Made by a program: the position numbers and the translations under genes. DNA of 64,000 bases, from positions 203,821 through 267,820 of the forward strand of contig JABGXB010000003.1 of assembly GCA_018675975.1 (NCBI GenBank). Direction: 5' to 3'. Below the pieces are notes generated by a model that saw only the letters and a program-made list of their open reading frames with translations, was not told the DNA's origin and made no database searches. This DNA comes from Candidatus Woesearchaeota archaeon. Its GTDB lineage: Archaea > Nanobdellota > Nanobdellia > Woesearchaeales > JABGXB01. Positions 18,480 to 28,416 of the stretch are shown here, piece by piece (the stretch's first letter is position 1; each line of letters opens with the position of its first letter).

Positions 18480-19718
18480 TTGTCAGAAGAATATGAATTT
18501 TTAAAACCTAAAGAAGATGGACAACCATCAATCAATATTGGTTTTGTTGGTCATGTAGATCATGGTAAAACAACATTAACTAAAGCACTTTCTGGAAAAT
18601 GGACTGATGAACATAGTGAAGAAATTAAAAGAGGAATTACAATCAGATTAGGATATGCAGATTGTATTTTTTATAAAAATAAACAAGACAAATATACTAT
18701 ACAAAAAAAAGACGAAAAAGGAAATAAAAATACATTCGTCAGAAAAATATCATTAGTAGATTCACCAGGACACGAAACTTTAATGGCTACAATGCTTAGT
18801 GGATCAACTATAATAGATGGTGCATTATTATTAGTTTCAGCAAATGAAGTATGTCCACAACCACAAACAAAAGAACATATTCAAGCATTAGAAATATTAG
18901 GAATTAAAAATATAATTATTGTACAAAATAAAATAGATACAGTTCCAGAAAAAATAGTTAAAAAAAATTATGAACAAATAAAAGAATTTTTATCAAATAC
19001 TAGTTTTAAAAACTCACCAATAATTCCAATTTCAGCCTTACATGATGTAAATATTGATGTACTTATTCAAGTAATAGAAGAAGTAATTACAACACCAAAA
19101 AGAAAAATAAATTCACAACCAAAAATGTTTGTTGCAAGATCATTTGATGTAAATAAACCAGGTTCTAGTCCAGACAAAATGATTGGTGGTGTTTTAGGTG
19201 GTGCATTAATTGAAGGTATATTAAAAGTAGGAGATAATATTGAAATTGCACCAGGACGAAAAATTGAAAGTCATGGAAAAGTTACATATGAACCAATTGA
19301 AACTACAATAACTGGAATAAAAACGGGTGGGAAATCAGTAGAAACTGTTTATCCAGGAGGATCAATTGCATTACTTACAAATTTAGATCCATCTATAATT
19401 AAATCAGATCAAATTGGAGGAGCAACAATTGGACATAAAGATAAATTACCTCCAACACTTTATGAATTAAATATTGATGCAAATTTATTAAAACAAACTA
19501 TAGATAATTTAAATATAGGACCACTTGCAATGCGAGAACCATTATTATTAAATGTTAATAGTTCAAAAACAGTTTGTACAGTAAATAAAGTTAAAAAAAA
19601 TAAAGCAAACTTAATATTAAAAATTCCTGTATGTGCAAATGAAGGAGATTTAGTTACTATTTCTAGAAGATTTGGAACTCGTTGGAGATTAATAGGTTCT
19701 GCAACAATAGAAAAATAA
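18480..19718 (+). CDS. eif2g: Translation initiation factor 2 gamma subunit (aIF2-gamma), apparently with a TTG start
   Basis: GHVDHGKTTL P-loop, RGITIRLGYAD, DSPGHE, NKID and the zinc knuckle CxxC...C (CIFYKNK...). Domains II and III follow. Confidence 0.85.
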   Translation: MSEEYEFLKPKEDGQPSINIGFVGHVDHGKTTLTKALSGKWTDEHSEEIKRGITIRLGYADCIFYKNKQDKYTIQKKDEKGNKNTFVRKISLVDSPGHETLMATMLSGSTIIDGALLLVSANEVCPQPQTKEHIQALEILGIKNIIIVQNKIDTVPEKIVKKNYEQIKEFLSNTSFKNSPIIPISALHDVNIDVLIQVIEEVITTPKRKINSQPKMFVARSFDVNKPGSSPDKMIGGVLGGALIEGILKVGDNIEIAPGRKIESHGKVTYEPIETTITGIKTGGKSVETVYPGGSIALLTNLDPSIIKSDQIGGATIGHKDKLPPTLYELNIDANLLKQTIDNLNIGPLAMREPLLLNVNSSKTVCTVNKVKKNKANLILKIPVCANEGDLVTISRRFGTRWRLIGSATIEK

Positions 19719-19740
19719 ATTTAATATAATAAAAAAAAAA

Positions 19741-20982
19741 TTAGAAAAATTGTGTAAAAGTCCCTTGATTGATTTCTTGTTTTTTAAACTTTTTAATTCT
19801 TTTTTTCTTACCACTTTTTTCTTTTATAGTATTTGGACCTGAAATTCTAATAAAAGTTGCATTTTTTGAATTAAAATCATATGAAAATCCTGTGTCAAAA
19901 ATTCTTTCTTCAATATTAACCATATTTTTTTCCCCCTTTGAAAGATCAAGTTCAATATTATTTAGCTTCTTTTTATCATAAGATAATGAAATATTTTTAT
20001 CTTCTGAATTAATATTTGGAATTGGAACAATTAAATTTTTATCCAATTCTATACTTTTATCAACATCAGAAACTTCACTCTCATATTGAACTTTTATCCC
20101 CTTTATATTATTGGAAATCTCTTGTATTTTTAAACCTTTTTTATTTTCATTATGTTTTTTATCATCAATAACTGTTTTCACTACTTTTGGTTGATTAGTA
20201 CTACTTACTTGTGTTTTGGTTATTTTACTTAATGTTTTTTTATTAATTTCTGAAACTTTAATTGGTTTTTTAATATTTATTTTTTTAATAACTGATTCCT
20301 TAATAACTTGTTTTTTAACAATTGGTTTTTTAATATTTATTTTTTTAATAACTGATTCCTTAATAACTTGTTTTTTAACAATTGGTTTTTTAATTATTTT
20401 TTTTTCTTTAATAGTACTTTTACCCTTAGCAGTATTAATTTTATTATTTGAAATATTTGGCTTAATAAAATTTACATTATTAGTTAAAACTGATTTAGTT
20501 TTAACAATATTATCAACACCAATTACTACATTTTTTTTTCTTTTAGTAGGAATTTCATCTTTATATTTAATATTATGAAAACTATTAAGTTCATTTACCA
20601 TATTTTCTTTTTTTATAAAATCATTTGAATATAATTTTTTTAATCTTTTTTTTCTTAATTTTATTATAATATCCTTTGAAAATAATATTAAAATTAATGA
20701 AATAAAACTAATTATTAATAATTTATAATTTTCAACTAAAAAAAAACTAATAATAAAATAATATAAACTAAAAATTAATGCTAATGATTGAATAAAAATA
20801 AATAATTTAAGACCTGCAATTTTCTGTTTTAGCGTTAGTGGACCATTAATAATTATCAAAAATCCCATAATAGTAAATATAAGTAATTTAGAATATCCAG
20901 AATAATTTAGAAATATAAATAATAAAACAAAAACAATCAGATTTGATATAGTTACAAACATAAAATTAGATAATTTCTTCAT
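19741..20982 (-). CDS. Hypothetical polytopic membrane protein with a K-rich tandem-repeat tail
   Basis: About 4 N-terminal TM helices, then an extended lysine-rich region containing a perfect repeat KKPIVKKQVIKESVIKKINI x2. Confidence 0.5.
   Translation of the reverse strand: MKKLSNFMFVTISNLIVFVLLFIFLNYSGYSKLLIFTIMGFLIIINGPLTLKQKIAGLKLFIFIQSLALIFSLYYFIISFFLVENYKLLIISFISLILILFSKDIIIKLRKKRLKKLYSNDFIKKENMVNELNSFHNIKYKDEIPTKRKKNVVIGVDNIVKTKSVLTNNVNFIKPNISNNKINTAKGKSTIKEKKIIKKPIVKKQVIKESVIKKINIKKPIVKKQVIKESVIKKINIKKPIKVSEINKKTLSKITKTQVSSTNQPKVVKTVIDDKKHNENKKGLKIQEISNNIKGIKVQYESEVSDVDKSIELDKNLIVPIPNINSEDKNISLSYDKKKLNNIELDLSKGEKNMVNIEERIFDTGFSYDFNSKNATFIRISGPNTIKEKSGKKKRIKKFKKQEINQGTFTQFF
20261..20400. 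repeat. 60-bp tandem repeat (about 2.3 copies)
   Basis: The unit ttttttaataactgattccttaataacttgttttttaacaattggttttttaatatttat occurs at 20281-20340 and again at 20341-20400, with a partial copy at 20261-20280. It encodes the 20-aa protein repeat in 19741..20982. Confidence 0.8.
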
Positions 20983-21120
20983 TGTATAACAAAAATTAGA
21001 AAATTTGATTTATAAGAATTTATATTATTTATTAGTTCTAACACATTTTAATATAAAAAAAAAGCTAATTATATTATTAATAATCAATAGATTTAAAAAT
21101 CACAATAAATTGAAACCAAT

Positions 21121-21483
21121 ATGAGACCAAAAACAACTAGTCGAAATAAAACATATAGAAAAAAAAATACAGAAACTACTGAAATAGTAAGAGTTAGGCT
21201 TCCAAAAGAAGCAGAAAGAGAATTATTAGCTGTAGTAGATCAAAGATTAGGTGGTTCACGTCTTAGAGTTAGATGTTTTGACGGTTTAACAAGAATAGCT
21301 AGGATTCCAGGAAAATATAAAAGAAGATTATGGATAAGAGAAGGAGATACAGTAATTATTATACCATGGGAATTTGGTGGCGATGAAAAAGCCGATTTAA
21401 TATTTAAATATACACCAAATCAAGTAGGATTTTTAAAAAGAAAAGGAATGTTATCAATTCTCGAAGATGGTGAAGAATTTTAA
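21121..21483 (+). CDS. eif1a: Translation initiation factor 1A (aIF-1A)
   Basis: 120 aa with an S1/OB core: VRVRLPKEAERELLAVVDQRLGGSRLRVRCFDGLTRIARIPGKYKRRLWIREGDTVIIIPWEF. Confidence 0.85.
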   Translation: MRPKTTSRNKTYRKKNTETTEIVRVRLPKEAERELLAVVDQRLGGSRLRVRCFDGLTRIARIPGKYKRRLWIREGDTVIIIPWEFGGDEKADLIFKYTPNQVGFLKRKGMLSILEDGEEF

Positions 21484-21526
21484 TTAAATCATAAAGTTTT
21501 TTAAATATAAAAAAAAATTCAATAAT

Positions 21527-22441
21527 ATGACAGGTAATATAAAAAAAATATTTTTTGTAATAATATTTATTATAATTACACTTTTAATTTCATTAATTAT
21601 TAATTTTGTAACTTCAGACTTTAATATAGAATTAAGTGATAATGTAAATGTGGCATTAATTAAAATTAATGGTCCCATAATGTATGGAGAAAATGGTGGA
21701 ATATTTTCTGGTGACCAAAGAGATGCAGCAGCTATTTCTAAAGAGATTAATAGTGCAAGTGAAGATGAAAGTATTGATGTAATATTATTAGATATTAACT
21801 CACCAGGTGGTACTGTAGTTGCAAGTAAAGAAATTTCTAATGCAGTAAAAAGAAGTGATAAATTAGTAATTTCATTAATTAAAGAAGTAGGAGCAAGTGG
21901 TGCATATTGGATTGCTTCACAATCAGATTATATAATTGCTGATTCTATGAGTATTACAGGAAGTATTGGTGTCATTGCAAGCTATTTAGAATTTGGTGGA
22001 CTATTGGACGAATATGGCATCTCATATGAAAAAATGATTGGTGGGAAATACAAAGATATGGGAAGTCCTTTTAGAAACTTAACTTTAGAAGAAAGAAATT
22101 TATTTCAATCAAAAATTGATCAAATCCATGAAGAATTTAAATTTGCAGTAATGAAAAATAGAAATTTAACTCAAGAAGAAATAGATGAATTAGGCCAAGG
22201 TCAATTTTTCTTAGGAATAGAAGCAAAAGAAAATAAATTAATTGATGAATTAGGAGATAAATATTTATTTGAAGAATTATTAAAGAAAAAATATAATGTA
22301 ACTGAAATTAAATATACCCAATTTGAAAAAGAAATGACATTAATTGATGCATTTTTTGGAAAAGTTGAATCTAGTTTTTATAATGTTGGACAAGGAATTG
22401 CAGATTCTTTTAAAACTGAACAAAGATTAAAAATAAAATAA
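21527..22441 (+). CDS. sppA: Signal peptide peptidase SppA (S49, ClpP-like fold)
   Basis: N-terminal TM anchor, then INSPGGTVVASKEI, GASGAYWIA (catalytic Ser region) and a Lys-containing segment (GGKYKDMGSPF). Confidence 0.75.
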   Translation: MTGNIKKIFFVIIFIIITLLISLIINFVTSDFNIELSDNVNVALIKINGPIMYGENGGIFSGDQRDAAAISKEINSASEDESIDVILLDINSPGGTVVASKEISNAVKRSDKLVISLIKEVGASGAYWIASQSDYIIADSMSITGSIGVIASYLEFGGLLDEYGISYEKMIGGKYKDMGSPFRNLTLEERNLFQSKIDQIHEEFKFAVMKNRNLTQEEIDELGQGQFFLGIEAKENKLIDELGDKYLFEELLKKKYNVTEIKYTQFEKEMTLIDAFFGKVESSFYNVGQGIADSFKTEQRLKIK

Positions 22442-22942
22442 TTATTTTCTAATTGGTTTTTCATAAAAACTAAATGCCATAAAAAATCGTGGAACTCTGG
22501 CAATAGGTCTTAAAAATCTCATAAAATATCTGGAGCGAGATCCACGAGCAACAACTTTTTCAGCCTCTTCAATAATTAATCTACTTTCTTTTTGAACTTC
22601 AACTACACTATGCAAATATTTTTGTGTATTTTGTCCAAATTCTGCAATTAAATAAAATTCTTCTAATAATCTTAATATTAAAAAAAATGGAAATACTGCA
22701 ATAATTTCAAGCCAATAATGTTTTAAAAAAGATTTAAAATTTCTAAGTCTATAATATTTAAAACATAAATCAATAATAAAAAATGAAATAATAATATTAT
22801 CCAATATATGAAATAAAGTTATATAATTTTGTGCAAAATCATGAAAAAAAATTTCTGCAATAATAATAAATAATAAAATAATTAATAAATATGGAATTGA
22901 CTTATCTATAAAACACTCGCATTTAGACAACCACTTTTTCAT
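22442..22942 (-). CDS. Small membrane protein resembling an isolated voltage-sensor-like (ion_trans S1-S3) domain, no pore region
   Basis: FFIIDLCFKYYRL resembles the S2 EMxLK motif. KHYWLEIIAVFPFF resembles the S2-S3 WNxxDF / S3 DIVAIIPYF pattern. There is an Arg-rich C-terminal segment RGSRSRYFMRFLRPIARVPRFF. No GYG-type selectivity filter. Confidence 0.4.
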   Translation of the reverse strand: MKKWLSKCECFIDKSIPYLLIILLFIIIAEIFFHDFAQNYITLFHILDNIIISFFIIDLCFKYYRLRNFKSFLKHYWLEIIAVFPFFLILRLLEEFYLIAEFGQNTQKYLHSVVEVQKESRLIIEEAEKVVARGSRSRYFMRFLRPIARVPRFFMAFSFYEKPIRK

Positions 22943-22992
22943 ATATAATTAGTAATATACACAAATATAAATATAACTAACTTACATAAAAA

Positions 22993-23520
22993 TTAAGCAA
23001 CTCTTAAAAATCTAGTTCTGGCAATGATTTCTTCATATTTTTTAGATTTTAATTTCAATTCTTTTTCTAAATTAGTAAAATAATCAAAAACTCTCTTTAC
23101 CACTCTATCTTCTTTTCTTCTACCCATAGTATGATTAGGATGTCTTCTATATATCATAAGTTGAATTTCAGATAATTGATCTACTGCGGCACCCAAATCA
23201 GATTCAACTATTACACCAGCTAAATATTGAGAAATATCGCCATTTATAATAATTTTATTTAAATTTGCCACTTCAGAACAAACATTTCCCTCTAAAACTG
23301 ATTCTTTTTCTGTTAATCTATAAAATGGTTTATTTAAAAAATTTAAAGAAGGAATCGAATCTGTTAAGGAATAATCAGGACTTTTTTTTTCTGACTTTTT
23401 CGCTGATTGCGAACTAGTACCAAAAGCAAAACCTGTTTTTTCAACAGGAAGTTGTCTTACAGTTGAGCCGTTATTTGAATTATTTCCATTATAATTTTGA
23501 TCCTTATTTTCGTATACCAT
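22993..23520 (-). CDS. Hypothetical protein (N/S-rich N-terminus, helical C-terminus)
   Basis: 175 aa with no confident motif. It could be an RNAP Rpo4-like or other small nucleic-acid-binding protein, but I cannot support that. Confidence 0.4.
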   Translation of the reverse strand: MVYENKDQNYNGNNSNNGSTVRQLPVEKTGFAFGTSSQSAKKSEKKSPDYSLTDSIPSLNFLNKPFYRLTEKESVLEGNVCSEVANLNKIIINGDISQYLAGVIVESDLGAAVDQLSEIQLMIYRRHPNHTMGRRKEDRVVKRVFDYFTNLEKELKLKSKKYEEIIARTRFLRVA

Positions 23521-23658
23521 TTTAGTTAAAATACTTTAAACAAATAACACATTAAAATATAATGTGACTACATAACGTTATTTTTAGAATTTTATTTTTA
23601 AATAAAAAAATTAAAACTATTTCAATAAATTTATAAAATTAATATTAAAAAAAATAGT

Positions 23659-25401
23659 ATGGAAGAAAAACTAAAAGAAGTATATAAATGTCAAGAGTGG
23701 GATTTGAGTGAATTAAATAAACAAAATATTAAAGATTATTTTAAATCCATAGAACAATTAGCTAATAAGATTGAATCATATAAAGATAATTTAAATGAAG
23801 ATACAACAATAGGACAAATAAATGAAATATTACAAAAAAAAGAAGAATTAAAAATACAAATATCAACTCTTTTAAGTTATCATAATTTAAAAACATATGA
23901 AAATTCAACAGATCAAGATTCTAATACTAAATTATCACAAATATGTGATTATTTGAGCGATATTTCAAATAGACTGTTATTTTTTAATTTCTGGTTTAAA
24001 GGTATAAAAGAAGAAAAAGCTAATGAATTAATTTCACAATCTACAAAATATAAATATTTATTGCAAAGTATTAGAAAAAATATACCATATACATTATCTG
24101 AAGAAGAAGAAAAATTAATTAATATTAAAGATAATAATGGAACTGAAGCAGTTTTTCAAATATATGAAATATTAACAAGTCAATTTACATATGATTGGAA
24201 TGGAGAAGAAATAAATCAATCCCAATTATTAAAATATGTAAAAAGTTCTAAAAGAGAAGAAAGAAAAAAAGCATATACATTGCTTATGGAAAAATATAAA
24301 AATTATAAAGATGTAATTGCAGAAGTATATAAAAATCGTGTATTAGATTGGCATAATGAAAATATAAAATTAAGGGGACATAAAAATCCAATATCAGTTA
24401 GAAATAATATAAATGATGTTCCTGATCAAGTAGTTGAAGTACTATTAAAAGTAATTAAAAAAAATTCAATTTTATTTCAAAAATATTTTAAAATTAAACA
24501 AAAATTATTAGGTCTTAAAAATTTTGATAGATTTGATATTTATACACCATTAAAAACAGATGAAGATAAATATGAATATGATTCAGCAATTCAAATGATT
24601 TTAAGTGCCTTTGAAAAATTTGATATTAAATTTAAACAAAATGCGCTAAAAATAATTGAATCTAATCATATTCATGCACCAATTATAAAAAATAAAAGAG
24701 GAGGTGCATTTTGTTATTCTCCCTCCACCAAAATAATACCATATGTTCTTACTAATTTCTCAGGTAATATAAGAGATGTATCAACAATAGCACATGAATT
24801 AGGTCATGGAATTCATAGCTTACTTGCAAATGATAAAGGTGAATTTGGTTTTCATGCAACATTACCATTAGCAGAAACAGCAAGTATATTTTCTGAAATG
24901 TTATTATTAGACTATTTAGTAGAAAAATATCCAGAAAAAAGAACTGAATTAATAGTTAATTTAATGGATGACTCTTTTGGAAGTATATTAAGACAATATG
25001 ATTTTGTTAATTTTGAAATTAAAGCACATGATATGATAAAAGATGGAAAAACATATGATGAAATTAGTGAAGAGTATTTAAATGATTTAAAAAGTCAATA
25101 TAAAATTAAAATTGATGATAATTTTAAATATGAATGGATGTATGTAAATCACATTTTTGACAGGCCATTTTATGTTTATGCTTATGCATTTGGAAAATTA
25201 TTAACACTTGCGTTATATGAATTATATTTAGAAAACAAAGATAAATTTAAACCAAAAATAATAAAATTATTATCTGAAGGTGGAAGTAAAAGTCCAATTG
25301 AAATTACAAAAGAGATTGGAATTGATATAACAGATGAAAAATTTTGGCAAAAAGGTTTTGATTTTTTAAATGAATATTTAAAAGAATTAGAAAATAATTA
25401 A
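23659..25401 (+). CDS. pepF: Oligoendopeptidase F (M3B family zinc metallopeptidase)
   Basis: 580 aa. HEXXH zinc site AHELGHGIHS with the downstream Glu (ETASIFSE). Architecture and length match M3B. Confidence 0.8.
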   Translation: MEEKLKEVYKCQEWDLSELNKQNIKDYFKSIEQLANKIESYKDNLNEDTTIGQINEILQKKEELKIQISTLLSYHNLKTYENSTDQDSNTKLSQICDYLSDISNRLLFFNFWFKGIKEEKANELISQSTKYKYLLQSIRKNIPYTLSEEEEKLINIKDNNGTEAVFQIYEILTSQFTYDWNGEEINQSQLLKYVKSSKREERKKAYTLLMEKYKNYKDVIAEVYKNRVLDWHNENIKLRGHKNPISVRNNINDVPDQVVEVLLKVIKKNSILFQKYFKIKQKLLGLKNFDRFDIYTPLKTDEDKYEYDSAIQMILSAFEKFDIKFKQNALKIIESNHIHAPIIKNKRGGAFCYSPSTKIIPYVLTNFSGNIRDVSTIAHELGHGIHSLLANDKGEFGFHATLPLAETASIFSEMLLLDYLVEKYPEKRTELIVNLMDDSFGSILRQYDFVNFEIKAHDMIKDGKTYDEISEEYLNDLKSQYKIKIDDNFKYEWMYVNHIFDRPFYVYAYAFGKLLTLALYELYLENKDKFKPKIIKLLSEGGSKSPIEITKEIGIDITDEKFWQKGFDFLNEYLKELENN

Positions 25402-26135
25402 AATCTATTAAAAAGATTTTTCCAATTAAACTTTTTTGTTTTTACTGTTCTTTTATATCTTAAAAAATCATTTAGCTCTCTATCAATATTAATAAAATTT
25501 GGAAATAATTTTTCTTCAGCTCTAAAGTCTTTACTATGATGAACTGTATTCGTTTTTGCTTTGTAAAATTTATGTTTTTTATGTAACATTTCATGATAAA
25601 CTACAAATCTAATTAAATGTAATGGGGCATTTTTTAATATTGAACTTATTGTTATTGTATCATTTTGATAATTATATGTACCCAAAGTTCTTTTTGAAAC
25701 TTCACCCCAAACTAAATTAGTTTGTTCAATTGCTTCTTCAAATAATTCTTTATTATTTTTTTCAAACAATTCTTGTAAAAATGGATCAATTTTATTTTTT
25801 TCTACTGCAATATGTACATTAGAAATAAATTTATCATATAAATCTTGAGTAAATGTTTTTTTTTTTATTTTATTAATTTTAAAAATTAAATATTCTAATA
25901 ATCCTTTAATAATTAATTCATTACTATCCAACCAATTTTTATTTAATTTAATTTCATATTTACAAAACATTGGAATATGTTTAATATTTGCATTATAATC
26001 AGATAAATGATTAGAGAATACTACTTTTACTTGAGGTAAACGTCTATTTGGAAAATGTTCCTGATAAATTTGATTAATTAATTCTTGAATTATATTAATT
26101 TTATTTTCAAGTAATAATTTTTCCTCTTTTCTCAT
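25398..26135 (-). CDS. DUF45 (YgjP/SprT-like) metal-dependent hydrolase
   Basis: C-terminal motif VVYHEMLHKKH...VHHSKDF matches the DUF45 HExxH...NHS.FW signature. Confidence 0.6.
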   Translation of the reverse strand: MRKEEKLLLENKINIIQELINQIYQEHFPNRRLPQVKVVFSNHLSDYNANIKHIPMFCKYEIKLNKNWLDSNELIIKGLLEYLIFKINKIKKKTFTQDLYDKFISNVHIAVEKNKIDPFLQELFEKNNKELFEEAIEQTNLVWGEVSKRTLGTYNYQNDTITISSILKNAPLHLIRFVVYHEMLHKKHKFYKAKTNTVHHSKDFRAEEKLFPNFINIDRELNDFLRYKRTVKTKKFNWKNLFNRF

Positions 26136-26228
26136 AAATTAAAGAATTTTAATTCCTTTATAATTTTTTATTAAACAAATAATAAAACAAAAGACTTATA
26201 TATTAACTTTGATTAATACATATTAACT

Positions 26229-26777
26229 ATGGTAAATACTATTAAACTAAAGTTAACAGGTTTGCAACAAAACATTTTGAGACTTTTATTTATAAAATCT
26301 GGAAAATCATTAAATCAAAGAGGAATAGCTAAAATTCTATCCGTTTCTCCACCTGCTATAATGAAAGCCATTCCTAATCTAGAAAAAAACAATTATATCA
26401 GAATAAAACAAGATAAAGAATCAAAAAGATGGTCTATTGAATTAAATAGAGATAATTATAAAATAATGTATTTGAAAAGAGTTGATAATTTAAAACAAAT
26501 ATACGAATCAAAATTACTAGAATGTTTAGAACAAGAGTTTGCTGGATCTACAATCATATTATTTGGAAGTTATTCAAGAGGCGAAGATACTGAAAATTCA
26601 GATACAGACATTGCAATAATTGGAAGAAAAGAAAAAAATATTAATTTAAATAAATATGAAAAACTATTAGATAGAAGAATAAATTTAAATTTTTATGAAT
26701 CATTTTCAAAAATACATAAAAACTTAAAAGAAAATCTTTTTAATGGAATTGTCCTATCAGGTGGGATAGAACTTTGA
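26229..26777 (+). CDS. Winged-HTH plus minimal nucleotidyltransferase (MNT) fusion; putative antitoxin component of a HEPN/MNT pair
   Basis: N-terminal wHTH (LNQRGIAKILSVSPPAIMKAI). The C-terminal motif ILFGSYSRGEDTENSDTDIAII is the MNT GSxxRG...SDxD signature. Confidence 0.7.
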   Translation: MVNTIKLKLTGLQQNILRLLFIKSGKSLNQRGIAKILSVSPPAIMKAIPNLEKNNYIRIKQDKESKRWSIELNRDNYKIMYLKRVDNLKQIYESKLLECLEQEFAGSTIILFGSYSRGEDTENSDTDIAIIGRKEKNINLNKYEKLLDRRINLNFYESFSKIHKNLKENLFNGIVLSGGIEL

Positions 26778-27229
26778 AAGCTATTAAAAATTTTAAAGAA
26801 TTTTTAAAAGAAGGCATAGTAAAAAAACAATCTCCTGATAAATCAAGAGCAAAATTTTTAATTAAAGAATCTGAAAATTCAAATAAATCATTATTGGAAT
26901 TAATAGAAAAAATTAAATTAAGTGATGTAAATGCCAATATGTTTATTAGATTATGTTATGACATTCTAATGGAATTAATAAGATCAAAAATGTTATTAGA
27001 TGGATATAATGCCTCAGGTCAAGGTGCACATGAAGCTGAAGTTTCTTATTTAAGATTATTAAATTTTAAAGAAAATCAGATACAATTTTTTAATTCATTG
27101 AGATATTTTCGAAATGGAATAATTTATTATGGTAAAATAATGGACAAAGAATACGCTCAAAAAGTAATTGATTTTACAATAGATAATTATAAACATATTA
27201 AAAAAACATTAGATAATGATATTCAATAA
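26774..27229 (+). CDS. Putative HEPN-domain protein partnered with the upstream MNT (motif degenerate)
   Basis: 151 aa all-helical. The start overlaps the MNT stop by 4 nt. LRYFRNGIIYYG resembles the HEPN Rx4-6H motif but has Tyr in place of His. Confidence 0.5.
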   Translation: MKAIKNFKEFLKEGIVKKQSPDKSRAKFLIKESENSNKSLLELIEKIKLSDVNANMFIRLCYDILMELIRSKMLLDGYNASGQGAHEAEVSYLRLLNFKENQIQFFNSLRYFRNGIIYYGKIMDKEYAQKVIDFTIDNYKHIKKTLDNDIQ

Positions 27230-27260
27230 AGATTATAAATAAATTATAAAAACCATCAAT

Positions 27261-28379
27261 ATGGAATTAATAATAAAAGTTAGAAATAGTATAATTGAAT
27301 TTTTATATTTAAATATACTTAAACCAATATTTTTTTTAATTGATCCACAAATAATGCATCATAAAGCAAATTTTGTTGGTAGTATAATTGGTTCTAATTT
27401 TATATTTAGATTTATTAATAAATTATTTTTTTCTTATTCCAATTCAAAATTAATTCAAAAAATTAATGGAATTAAATATAATAATCCCGTTGGAATCCCA
27501 GGAGGATTTGATAAAAACGGAATTATGATTAAAGGATTTGAAAGTACTGGTTTTGGTTTTTGTGAAATTGGAAGTATTACAGCATTATCATATAGAGGAA
27601 ATAAAGGAAGACATTTATGGAGATTAGTTAAATTAAAATCCCTAGTTGTTAATTATGGACTAAAAAATGAAGGTGCAAAAAAAATATATAGAAGAATTAA
27701 AAAGAAAAAAATAAATATTCCATTAGGAATAAATGTTGCAAGATCAAATAGAAAAGAAGTAAGTGGATTAGAAGATAGTATTAAAGATTATATAAAAACT
27801 GTAAAAGTCTTTTCAAAAAAAGCAAAATATTTTTGTATAAATATAAGTTGTCCAAATGCCGAGACTGGTTATATGTTTTTAATTAAAAAAAATTTAAAAT
27901 TATTATTAAATGAAATTGATAAATTAAAATTAAAACAACCAATTTACCTTAAACTCTCTGCAGACTTAACTAAAAAAGAAATTGATTCAATAATAGAAGT
28001 TTCAAAAAAACATAATGTTCATGGTTTTATTTGTACAAACTTAACTAAAAATAGAACTAATTTAAATATAAAAAAACATAATATTCCAAAAGTTGGAAGT
28101 TTAAGTGGAGTTTTAGTTAAAGAAAAATCTGATGAAGTAATTAAATACATATACAAAAAAACAAAAGGTAAGTATACTATAATTGGAACAGGTGGAATAT
28201 TTTCTGCAAAAGACGCATATCAAAAAATAAAATATGGTGCAAGTTTAGTTCAAGTATTTACTGGAATGATTTACAATGGTCCTCAATTAATAAGCCAGAT
28301 TAATCAAGGTATAGTAGAATATTTAGAAGAAGATGGTTATACACATGTTAATCAAGCCATAGGTTCCTACCATAATTAA
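27261..28379 (+). CDS. pyrD: Dihydroorotate dehydrogenase
   Basis: PVGIPGGFDKNG, GFGFCEIGSIT, catalytic-loop motif NISCPN (Cys as the base, i.e. class-1-type), GTGGI. There is an N-terminal ~60 aa hydrophobic extension. Confidence 0.8.
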   Translation: MELIIKVRNSIIEFLYLNILKPIFFLIDPQIMHHKANFVGSIIGSNFIFRFINKLFFSYSNSKLIQKINGIKYNNPVGIPGGFDKNGIMIKGFESTGFGFCEIGSITALSYRGNKGRHLWRLVKLKSLVVNYGLKNEGAKKIYRRIKKKKINIPLGINVARSNRKEVSGLEDSIKDYIKTVKVFSKKAKYFCINISCPNAETGYMFLIKKNLKLLLNEIDKLKLKQPIYLKLSADLTKKEIDSIIEVSKKHNVHGFICTNLTKNRTNLNIKKHNIPKVGSLSGVLVKEKSDEVIKYIYKKTKGKYTIIGTGGIFSAKDAYQKIKYGASLVQVFTGMIYNGPQLISQINQGIVEYLEEDGYTHVNQAIGSYHN

Positions 28380-28416
28380 GAAAAATAATATAAATAGAAA
28401 ATTATAAAATATTAAT

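Noticed and set aside
22993-23520. Assignment of the 175-aa protein as an RNAP Rpo4/RpoF or TFE-like factor
   Set aside because: It is suggestive only from size and the helical C-terminus. No conserved motif could be verified without a profile search.
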